Assembly: GCA_046484135.1 (NCBI GenBank)
Contig: JAWOBU010000198.1
Coordinates: 1-11,395 of the forward strand
Origin: a bacterium
Lineage (GTDB): Bacteria > RBG-13-61-14 > DATKZS01
Direction: 5' to 3'
Length of the DNA stretch: 11,395 nt
Positions 1 through 6,569 of the stretch are shown in pieces; within the stretch, counting starts at the first letter, position 1; each line of letters starts with the position of its first letter. Both the position numbers and the translations under genes were made by a program. The notes below the pieces were generated by a model that did no database searches, had not been told where the DNA came from, and saw nothing but the letters and a program-made list of their open reading frames with translations.

Positions 1-1037
1 AGGTTATCTTCTGCATACCTCCTGGCGTTTGCCGCCAGCCTTTCCCTTAAAGCAGTATCATTAACGAACCTTTCCACTGCGGAAGCTACGGAAACAGGGT
101 CCTCCGGAGATACCAGAAGACCGTTCTTTTCATGCTCGACAAGCTCGACATTGCCCGGGATGTCGGTCGCCACCACCGGCAGGCCCATGGCAAGGGCCTC
201 GGCGAGGGCGTTGGAGCGGCCCTCGCTGGTGCTCGCCAGCACAAAAACATCCAGCGCGCCTAAAAAGGACGGCATGTCCTCCACCGGTCCCTGGAACACT
301 ACCCTGTCCCAAACCCCCTTTTGCCGGGCCAGCCGTTCAAGGCTCGACTTCAGCTTGCCTTCACCGGCGATGAAAAGCTGCGCATCTATACCTTTTTCCA
401 GGATATGAGGCATGGCCTCAATAAGCACATGAAGACCTTTCTGCTCGACAAGCCGAGCCGCCGTGCCTATGACCGTGGACTCGGGACCGGCCCCCCACCT
501 GTGCCGGAGCTTCTCCTTCTCTGCGGCGTCCCGGACCGGCCGGAACCGACCGAGGTCGAACCCGTTCGGGAAGAACACTATCCGCTCGGGGGCAAGCCCC
601 GACTTATTCCGGAAGAGCCGGGCGATCTCGTGAGAGTTGGCGATCACATGAGGCACAAAAAACTTATAGGTCAGCCGGTCGCGCCAGGAGCCCTTCAAAA
701 ACGGCCAGCCTTTGCGCTGCACCCTGACCTTTACGCCCGCCGCCGCCGCCGCAGGCGCTATGAGGCGGCATTCGCGCTGGTCGTTTAAAAGGACCACGTC
801 CGGCCGGACTCTTCTGAAGTAGAGCAAGGCCCGGAAGAAGGAGTAAAGATCAAGATCGAACCTCATGGGCAGCTTCATAACCGGCAGGCCGGCCCCGCGG
901 GCCCGCTCCGCCAGCGGCCCGGGCCGGACGAGCATGTGCACGTCGTGGCCGCGCTCGCAAAACGCCAGCGCGGTCCGCAGGTGCCACATCTCCGCGCCGC
1001 CCATGTAGGGGCAGGAGTTTACAAAGACGATGTTCAT
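1..1037 (-). CDS. Glycosyltransferase family 4 (GT-B fold), 3' end runs off the window
   Basis: Missing from the ORF track because no stop lies in the window. Manual translation from ATG 1037: MNIVFVNSCPYMGGAEMWHLRTALAFCERGHDVHMLVRPG...IANS...FPNGFD...GTAARLVEQKGLHVLIEA...IAGEG...LDVFVLASTSEGRSNALAEALAMGLPVVATDIPGNVELVEHEKNGLLV. It has the GGAE N-terminal motif, the RLxxxKG motif and the E-x7-E signature of GT4. Confidence 0.93.
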   Translation of the reverse strand, partial: MNIVFVNSCPYMGGAEMWHLRTALAFCERGHDVHMLVRPGPLAERARGAGLPVMKLPMRFDLDLYSFFRALLYFRRVRPDVVLLNDQRECRLIAPAAAAAGVKVRVQRKGWPFLKGSWRDRLTYKFFVPHVIANSHEIARLFRNKSGLAPERIVFFPNGFDLGRFRPVRDAAEKEKLRHRWGAGPESTVIGTAARLVEQKGLHVLIEAMPHILEKGIDAQLFIAGEGKLKSSLERLARQKGVWDRVVFQGPVEDMPSFLGALDVFVLASTSEGRSNALAEALAMGLPVVATDIPGNVELVEHEKNGLLVSPEDPVSVASAVERFVNDTALRERLAANARRYAEDN

Positions 1038-1084
1038 TTTATACGCCGGCAAGAAGCGGAAAAATGATGTTGCTTTTCGTTCAT
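1034..1084 (-). CDS. Candidate 16-aa upstream ORF (MNEKQHHFSASCRRIK) overlapping the GT4 start codon
   Basis: ATG at 1084 lies a few nt after the predicted transcription start, and its TGA (1036-1034) overlaps the GT4 ATG as ATGA. No homology evidence. Confidence 0.3.
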   Translation of the reverse strand: MNEKQHHFSASCRRIK

Positions 1085-1093
1085 GCAGCTAAA

Positions 1094-1122
1094 AGATTAG
1101 CACTCTATAAAGAAGGGGGCAA
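1094..1122 (-). promoter_or_regulatory. Sigma70-type promoter for the GT4 gene
   Basis: Minus strand reads TTGCCC-17 nt-TAATCT with an extended -10 (TGc TAATCT). Confidence 0.55.
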
Positions 1123-1206
1123 AGCATGGGACTACTGCACGCTTTCTTATGGAACCTCTGAAAAAAGGAGCGCTCCATTAAGAGGGGCAGGGTCGGCGTG
1201 CCGGCT

Positions 1207-1473
1207 TCAAGGCTTGTAAGTCAGGGGGTACCTTTCCGGATTTTCCAGGTTGTCTATTTCCAGGTCTACGTCCAGATCGGGCCAGTAGAGATGGAAGCCG
1301 TGTAGGAGCCGGACGTTCTGTATCTCTCCAAGAGTCTGCTCCTTAAAGAAAGGGCAGGTTTCATAGCTCAGGAAATACTCCTTCCCCTTGATATACAGCC
1401 AGATGCCGAAAGGAGTGATGTTTTCAACGCTGACCGAAGTGTCTTTGCCATGATTCAATGATGTCATCTTCAT
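1207..1473 (-). CDS. DUF2442 domain protein (putative antitoxin-like partner of DUF4160)
   Basis: 88 aa with VENITPFGIWL...EYFLSYETCPFF...IQNV...HLYWPDLDVDLEIDNL, the typical DUF2442 pattern ending in xxWPxLDxDL. The start could be ATG 1467 instead. Confidence 0.85.
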   Translation of the reverse strand: MKMTSLNHGKDTSVSVENITPFGIWLYIKGKEYFLSYETCPFFKEQTLGEIQNVRLLHGFHLYWPDLDVDLEIDNLENPERYPLTYKP

Positions 1474-1537
1474 GCTCCGTAACCATTTTCAAGATTTTAT
1501 TGAGTTCCTGTTCCTTCAATCCGAAATATAAATCCAT
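1424..1537 (-). pseudogene. C-terminal remnant of a DUF4160 family gene
   Basis: Manual translation MDLYFGLKEQELNKILKMVTEHEDDIIESWQRHFGQR* matches the DUF4160 C-terminal helix pattern (GLxxxELxxIxxxVxEHxxxIxxxWxxHFG) and overlaps the DUF2442 start as in intact pairs. An in-frame TAA lies 16 codons upstream of the ATG, and the N-terminal HxH region is absent. Confidence 0.75.
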
Positions 1538-1569
1538 AATAGGCCATATGCAATGAGCGGGATAAAGCT

Positions 1570-1597
1570 TTGCTCTGGAATATTACCCTGCTATCAT
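1570..1597 (+). promoter_or_regulatory. Sigma70-type promoter for the lysE-family operon
   Basis: TTGCTC-16 nt-TATCAT with an extended -10 (TGc TATCAT), followed by GGAG at 1604-1607 and ATG 1616. Confidence 0.5.
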
Positions 1598-1615
1598 GGC
1601 CCCGGAGCTTTTAAG

Positions 1616-2257
1616 ATGGAAGAGCTTGCGCTTGTGCCTTTTATTCTGACCGTGGTGTGGATTTCCCTGTCGGGGGTTCTCATGCCGGGACCGGTTACCG
1701 CGGTGACGGTGGCGGGCGGTTCGGAGGACCCCCACGCGGGCGCGTGGGTGGCCGCGGGCCACGCCGTGATCGAGGTCCCGGTCATAGCTCTTATTTTTTT
1801 CGGAGTGCGGGCCCTTTTCAAGATTCCTGCCGTGCAGGTCGGCATCGGGCTTATAGGCGGGCTGGTGCTCTTCTGGATGGGTCTTTCCATGCTCCGGGAC
1901 TTCGACAAGGTAGACGTCATGAAAGACGGCGTGCCGTACTCCCGCTCGCCGTTTCTGGCCGGCATCCTTTTATCCATCGGGAACCCTTACTTCCTGGTGT
2001 GGTGGGCGACCGCGGGCGCGCTTTTGGTGGACAAGTCGCTTTACTTTGGTTTGGCCGGGTTTGCGGTGCTGGTGGTTGCGCACTGGTCGTGCGATTATGT
2101 CTGGCTTCATTTTCTTTCCTTCCTTTCTCACCAGGGCAGGAAGTTCTTCGGCCGGAAGCTCCAGCAGGGTGTATTCCTGCTCTGCGGCCATATCCTGATT
2201 TTTTTCACCGGCTACTTTGGTTCCAGGGCCTTGTTGACCCTGGCAGAAATGATCTGA
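1616..2257 (+). CDS. LysE family translocator
   Basis: 213 aa hydrophobic protein with SLSGVLMPGPVT, GHAVIE, GGLVLFWMG and GILLSIGNPYFLVWW motifs. I prefer ATG 1616 over 1553 because of the GGAG SD, the promoter position and the family length. Confidence 0.9.
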   Translation: MEELALVPFILTVVWISLSGVLMPGPVTAVTVAGGSEDPHAGAWVAAGHAVIEVPVIALIFFGVRALFKIPAVQVGIGLIGGLVLFWMGLSMLRDFDKVDVMKDGVPYSRSPFLAGILLSIGNPYFLVWWATAGALLVDKSLYFGLAGFAVLVVAHWSCDYVWLHFLSFLSHQGRKFFGRKLQQGVFLLCGHILIFFTGYFGSRALLTLAEMI

Positions 2258-2263
2258 ATAAAG

Positions 2264-3199
2264 ATGAGAGACTACCTTTTAAAGAGGCTTCTGCTTACGG
2301 TGCCGGTGGTTTTCGGCGTACTGGTGCTGGTGTTCGTTCTGATGCATCTCGTGCCGGGCGATCCGGTCGAGGTCATGCTGGGGGAGGCCGCGGGCAAGGC
2401 CAACCGGGAGGCCCTGCGCGCCGAGCTCCACCTGGACGAGCCCCTTTACGTCCAGTTCTATTACTTCCTGCGGGACCTGGCCACCGGCCGGATCGAGTCC
2501 CTCTACTATGGACGGCCGGTAATGGAAGAGGTGGGCAAGCGGCTTTTCGCGACCATCGAGCTCGCGGTGGCCGCCATGGTGGTTTCCATTCTGGTTTCGG
2601 TGCCGCTGGGCATAGTGGCCGCCATACGCAAGGGCAAAGGCGTGGACGCGGCAGCCATGGGCTTTTCCATGGCCGGCGTCAGCATGCCGAGCTTCTGGCT
2701 CGGTCCCATGCTGATCCTGCTCTTTTCCATCAAGCTCGAGCTCCTGCCGGTCTCGGGCCGCGGGAGCTTTGCCCACCTCATCCTTCCGGCCATCACCCTG
2801 GGCACGGGCATGGCCGCGATTGTCTCGCGGATGATCCGTGGGAGCCTTCTGGACGTGCTGGGAGAGGACTACCTGCGCACCGCCCGGGCCAAAGGTCTTC
2901 CCGAAAAAGTGGTCATATTCAAGCACGCTCTCCGGAACGCGCTCATCCCCTCCATCAGCGTGGTAGGCCTTCAAGCGGGCGCCTTGCTGGCGGGGGCCAT
3001 CATCACCGAGACCATATTCGCCTGGCCGGGTATCGGCAGCATGCTCATCCAGGCCATCCATGCCCGTGACTTCCCACTGGTACAGGGCACCGTCATCGTG
3101 ATCGCGCTCTCTTACGTGCTCGTGAACCTGGTTACCGACATCGCCTATGCCGTCGCCGACCCGCGGGTGCGGCTCAAAAAGGAAAAGGCCGGTGGATAA
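2264..3199 (+). CDS. Peptide/nickel ABC transporter permease, DppB/OppB/NikB type
   Basis: YLLKRLL...HLVPGDPV...LHLDEPLYVQF N-terminus, ATIELA, SMPSFWLG, HLILPAITLG, EAA-type loop DYLRTARAKGL, HALRNALIP, ETIFAWPGIG, RDFPLVQG, DPRVR. Substrate cannot be told from sequence. Confidence 0.95.
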   Translation: MRDYLLKRLLLTVPVVFGVLVLVFVLMHLVPGDPVEVMLGEAAGKANREALRAELHLDEPLYVQFYYFLRDLATGRIESLYYGRPVMEEVGKRLFATIELAVAAMVVSILVSVPLGIVAAIRKGKGVDAAAMGFSMAGVSMPSFWLGPMLILLFSIKLELLPVSGRGSFAHLILPAITLGTGMAAIVSRMIRGSLLDVLGEDYLRTARAKGLPEKVVIFKHALRNALIPSISVVGLQAGALLAGAIITETIFAWPGIGSMLIQAIHARDFPLVQGTVIVIALSYVLVNLVTDIAYAVADPRVRLKKEKAGG

Positions 3200-4010
3200 A
3201 AAAGGCTTCGGCAAGACCGCCTTCCGGACCGGCGGCATCATCGTGCTCCTGCTGCTTGTTGCCGCGGCTTTCTCGCCCTGGCTTTCGCCTTACGATCCCG
3301 CGGCGCAGAACCTTGCCGAACGGCTTTCCGGCCCGAGCCTTTCCCACCCGCTCGGGCAGGACCAACACGGCAGGGACATCCTGAGCCTGGTCATCTACGG
3401 CGCCCGGGTATCGGTCATAGTGGGAGTGGGAACGGTCCTTCTGTCCGCGGTAGTGGGGTTTATTGCCGGCGCAGTATCGGGCCTGAAGGGAGGGGTATGG
3501 GACCAGGTCATCATGCGGGTGGTGGACGTGCTGTTGGCTTTCCCCGGCATCCTGCTCGCTATCGCACTTGTGGCGGTTACCGGACCGGGCATCGGCAACG
3601 TGATCATCGCCCTGTCCGCCCGCGGCTGGGTCACCTACGCCCGGATCGTCCGCGGCCAGGTGCTGGTCGAGCGGGAGCGGGGCTACGTCGAGGCCGCCCG
3701 CTCGCTGGGCGCCGGCTCCGGCCGGATCATATCCCTGCACCTTTTGCCCAACACCCTGACCCCGGTGGTGGTCCAGGCCACCTTCGGACTGGCAGGGGCG
3801 ATCCTGGCGGAAGCCTCCCTGTCCTTTCTGGGACTGGGCCCCCAGGAGATGCCCACCTGGGGAGCCATGCTCGCGGACGGGACCAGCTTCCTCCGCAACG
3901 CTCCCCACATAGCCCTCTTCCCCGGAATCGCCATCATGGCCACCGTCCTGGCCTTCAATTTCATGGGAGACTCGCTCCGCGACCGGCTTACTAAAAAAGG
4001 AGCGGAGTAA
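3192..4010 (+). CDS. Peptide/nickel ABC transporter permease, DppC/OppC/NikC type
   Basis: HPLGQDQHGRDILS, YGARVS, MRVVDVLLAFPGILLAI, YVEAARSLGA, HLLPN, EASLSFLGLG, WGAML, FNFMGDSLRD. The GTG start at 3192 overlaps the upstream gene by 8 nt and is preferred to the ORF-track start at 3147. Confidence 0.95.
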   Translation: MDKKGFGKTAFRTGGIIVLLLLVAAAFSPWLSPYDPAAQNLAERLSGPSLSHPLGQDQHGRDILSLVIYGARVSVIVGVGTVLLSAVVGFIAGAVSGLKGGVWDQVIMRVVDVLLAFPGILLAIALVAVTGPGIGNVIIALSARGWVTYARIVRGQVLVERERGYVEAARSLGAGSGRIISLHLLPNTLTPVVVQATFGLAGAILAEASLSFLGLGPQEMPTWGAMLADGTSFLRNAPHIALFPGIAIMATVLAFNFMGDSLRDRLTKKGAE

Positions 4011-4028
4011 TAATTAAGCTCTTTCAGG

Positions 4029-4373
4029 TTGCCCCTTGCTCGGCTTTTTGCTAGCTTAAGTCTTATGAGCGCGGCCTGGTATCAAACCCGAAGCCGGAGC
4101 TGGTGGCTGGTTGCACTTTTGAGTTTTCTGGCCATCGAGCTGGTCCTGCGCGTCAAGCTGGGCTCCATCTACGCCATTGCCGCGCTGTGGGCCATGTCTC
4201 ACCAGGCCGTGGACGTAAAGCTGGACCGAGGCCGGACGAACACCCTGGAGAGGTTTTTGTTCGCGCTCTACGCGGCGCTGGTAATTTCCGCATTTATCTT
4301 TGCGGTGTTTTCAGTTTTAAACGTCTCTTTGCGCAGTATCGAGAACGGTTGGAGCTGGTTCCAGCTTCCCTGA
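4029..4373 (+). CDS. Small hypothetical membrane protein, possibly a gene fragment
   Basis: 114 aa with about three hydrophobic segments, filling the gap between the permease and pgi. The start is uncertain (TTG 4029 or ATG 4065) and no SD is evident. Confidence 0.5.
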   Translation: MPLARLFASLSLMSAAWYQTRSRSWWLVALLSFLAIELVLRVKLGSIYAIAALWAMSHQAVDVKLDRGRTNTLERFLFALYAALVISAFIFAVFSVLNVSLRSIENGWSWFQLP

Positions 4374-4409
4374 TGCAAAAAGACGCCGCGGTTGAAGTAA
4401 GGAGGAAAC

Positions 4410-5813
4410 ATGAAAGACGCCATAACCATAGACTACACCAATATGATGGCCGACTCGACGGGGCCGGAGCACGGGATATCAGAAGAAGAACTCAAGGCGG
4501 CGGCAGACGCTTTTGGCGACATCCACACCGAGATCGAAAAAAAGCGCGAGAACCACGAGATCGGATTTCTGGACCTTCCCTACCAGAACCTGACCAGGAT
4601 TTTTCAGCTCTCTTCCTCCTGCGGCAAGAACATAGAAACCCTGGTGGTGCTGGGCATCGGCGGGAGCGCGCTGGGGGCGCGGGCCCTGGCGAACGCCCTG
4701 TTAAAACCGTTTTACAACCTTAAAAGCAGCCAGGAACGGGACTCCTGTCCCCGCCTTCTGGTCGCGGACAACATTGATCCCGAGACCTTCACCGACCTGC
4801 TTGCTACAGTGGACCCCGCGTCCACCGGCTTTATCGTGATCTCCAAGTCCGGCGGCACCGCGGAGACCATGAGCCAGTTCCTTATAGCCCGAGAGTGGCT
4901 CATGAACAATGCAGGCGAAGACGGTTACCGGGAGCGCATGGTGGCCATCACCGATGAAGAAAAAGGACATCTGCGCAAGATCGTTGACAAGGACGGTCTT
5001 CCCTGGCTCACCATTCCCGGCAACGTGGGAGGAAGGTACTCGGTTTTCTCCAACGTGGGTCTCCTGCCCGCGGCCATGTGCGGCATGGACATAGTGTCGC
5101 TGTTGAAGGGCGCCGCGGCCATGGACCGTCGCATCAAGGAGAACGAGTTCTTCGCTAATCCCGCCTATCTTCTGGGAGCGCTCTACTACCTGGCGGACGT
5201 TAAAAAACACAAGAACATCCTGGTCATGATGCCCTACTCGTCAAGGCTTCTGTTGCTGGCGGAGTGGTTCCAGCAGCTCTGGGCGGAGAGCCTGGGCAAG
5301 GCGGTGCACGTGGACGGCAGCCCCGCCAACGTGGGCTCGACCCCGGTGCGGGCCATGGGCGCGACCGACCAGCACTCCCAGCTCCAGCTTTACCAGGAAG
5401 GGCCGAACGACAAGGTGATAAGCTTCATCCGCATCGAGGAGTTCCAGGAACAAGGCCCGATACCCGAGGCTCTCTCGGACGTGGAAGGGGTCGCGTATCT
5501 GGGCGGACACAGTTTGGCCGAGCTTATCAACACCGAGCAGAAGGCCACCGAGCTTGCGCTCATTAAGGCGAAAAAGCCGAACCTCTGCATTAACATGCCC
5601 GTGTTGAACGCTCACACGCTGGGCCAACTCATGTACATGATGGAAGCGGCCACCGTGTTCGCGGGCGGCCTTTACAAGGTGAATCCCCTGGACCAGCCCG
5701 GAGTCGAACTGGGCAAGAAATACACCTTCTCCATGATGGGAAGGAAGGGTTACGAAGACGTGGGTGAAGAGGTCCTCTCCTGGGACCGGGAGAGAAAGCG
5801 CTACACCGCGTAA
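4410..5813 (+). CDS. pgi: Glucose-6-phosphate isomerase (short, about 450-aa type)
   Basis: LGIGGSALG, ISKSGGTAET, VGGRYSVFS, QQLWAESLGK, GATDQHSQLQL and NPLDQPGVELGKK motifs; SD TAAGGAGG at 4398-4405. Confidence 0.97.
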   Translation: MKDAITIDYTNMMADSTGPEHGISEEELKAAADAFGDIHTEIEKKRENHEIGFLDLPYQNLTRIFQLSSSCGKNIETLVVLGIGGSALGARALANALLKPFYNLKSSQERDSCPRLLVADNIDPETFTDLLATVDPASTGFIVISKSGGTAETMSQFLIAREWLMNNAGEDGYRERMVAITDEEKGHLRKIVDKDGLPWLTIPGNVGGRYSVFSNVGLLPAAMCGMDIVSLLKGAAAMDRRIKENEFFANPAYLLGALYYLADVKKHKNILVMMPYSSRLLLLAEWFQQLWAESLGKAVHVDGSPANVGSTPVRAMGATDQHSQLQLYQEGPNDKVISFIRIEEFQEQGPIPEALSDVEGVAYLGGHSLAELINTEQKATELALIKAKKPNLCINMPVLNAHTLGQLMYMMEAATVFAGGLYKVNPLDQPGVELGKKYTFSMMGRKGYEDVGEEVLSWDRERKRYTA

Positions 5814-5841
5814 AACGAGCAACACATTGAGGAGGACCGTC

Positions 5842-6285
5842 ATGAAAAAGAAAAATCTGAAAAAATTTTTCGCGGCCGCGGCCCTGTTCGGAGCCGCCCT
5901 GTTACTGGCTTATCCGCTCTTCACGGAAGAGGCCCGGGGAGAGGAGGAAAAAAAGAGTTGCACTGTAAAGGCAGAGATAGACAAGGAGTGCAAGTCCCAT
6001 CCCGAGACCTTTACCGTTCCGGAAGGCAAGACCGCCAAGGACTTCAAAAAGCTCGGTTTTGAAGCAGGAGAAGCCTGCCACGACAGCGGCGCACCCGAGA
6101 ACCAGGGCTTCGCCGTCCGCGACTCCAAGAACCGGCCGGTCTATATGTGGAGCCAGTACAAGGACCAGCCCCCCTACGAAAAAGGTGGACCGCTCGAAAG
6201 CCTCACCCTCGAAGGAGGCGAGTACACCCTCTCCGTAGCAGGAGGAGCAGGAGCCATGATCGAGCTCTCGTATGAGGTGGAGTGA
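5842..6285 (+). CDS. Secreted hypothetical protein (147 aa)
   Basis: SD GAGGAGG before ATG 5842; basic N-terminus plus hydrophobic stretch and ARG|E cleavage-like site; beta-strand-like C-terminus (LTLEGGEYTLSVAGG...IELSYEVE). Confidence 0.8.
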   Translation: MKKKNLKKFFAAAALFGAALLLAYPLFTEEARGEEEKKSCTVKAEIDKECKSHPETFTVPEGKTAKDFKKLGFEAGEACHDSGAPENQGFAVRDSKNRPVYMWSQYKDQPPYEKGGPLESLTLEGGEYTLSVAGGAGAMIELSYEVE

Positions 6286-6293
6286 ACAGCTCG

Positions 6294-6346
6294 TGTCTTG
6301 TCAAGTTTAAACTGACGCATAGTGCTTTGTAAAACGAAAAAGGAGG
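6294..6346 (+). mobile_element. Possible orphan insertion-sequence left end (IS481-like TGT terminus) with a stranded Shine-Dalgarno
   Basis: TGTCTTGTCAAGTTTAAACTGACGCA begins 9 nt after the upstream stop and is followed by AAAAAGGAGG (6337-6346) with no ATG/GTG/TTG at SD distance. The IS resemblance is from recollection only; no transposase or second end is seen. Confidence 0.3.
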
Positions 6347-6365
6347 ACAAGAAAATCTGCGAAAA

Positions 6366-6470
6366 TCGCGGCTAAAGCCGCTCGTACGACTTCTTCTTAT
6401 TCCAGAAGAAAATGTTTGACAAAGCAATAACGTGCGAGCGACTTTAGTCGCGACTTTCGTCACTCGCACG
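6366..6470. repeat. Cluster of three 22-nt REP-like palindromic repeats
   Basis: Copy 1 (-, 6366-6387) GTACGA GCGGC TTTA GCCGC GA; copy 2 (+, 6432-6453) GTGCGA GCGAC TTTA GTCGC GA; copy 3 (-, 6448-6469) GTGCGA GTGAC GAAA GTCGC GA. The layout matches RAYT-associated REPs of the GTAGGAGCGGCTTTAGCCGCGA type. Confidence 0.75.
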
Positions 6471-6494
6471 GAAAGTATCTTCCTCTTCTCTTAC

Positions 6495-6520
6495 CTTCGC
6501 GACTCCGCCTTTGCGTGAAA
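6495..6520. repeat. Degenerate CTTTGCG-type short intergenic repeat
   Basis: CTTCGCGACTCCGCCTTTGCGTGAAA resembles the (CTTTGCGC)n-TGAAA short repeats I recall from diverse bacterial intergenic regions. It is a single copy here. Confidence 0.3.
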
Positions 6521-6569
6521 CCTGCTTCCAGACCTGCAGTCAAAGCGCTCCGGCAACGGCGCCTTTAAA

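Noticed and set aside
130..788. ORF-track entries 130-312, 151-408 and 321-788
   Set aside because: They are alternative-frame or antisense shadows of the GT4 gene, which has clear family motifs.
1161..1176. GGAGCGCTCC palindrome followed by T6 on the minus strand, as a DUF2442 terminator
   Set aside because: The stem is only 3-4 bp with a workable loop, too weak to call.
1657..3908. Long overlapping ORFs (1657-3069 +, 2279-3241 -, 3174-3908 -)
   Set aside because: Arg/Gly/Pro-rich or antisense translations with no motifs, as expected from GC-rich codon bias in the real transporter genes.
4103..5843. Alternative ORFs over pgi and the small membrane ORF
   Set aside because: They overlap a confidently identified pgi and show no protein-like features.
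6203..6469. 88-aa minus-strand ORF across the REP cluster
   Set aside because: It reads through palindromic repeats, overlaps the secreted-protein gene antisense and has no start signal.
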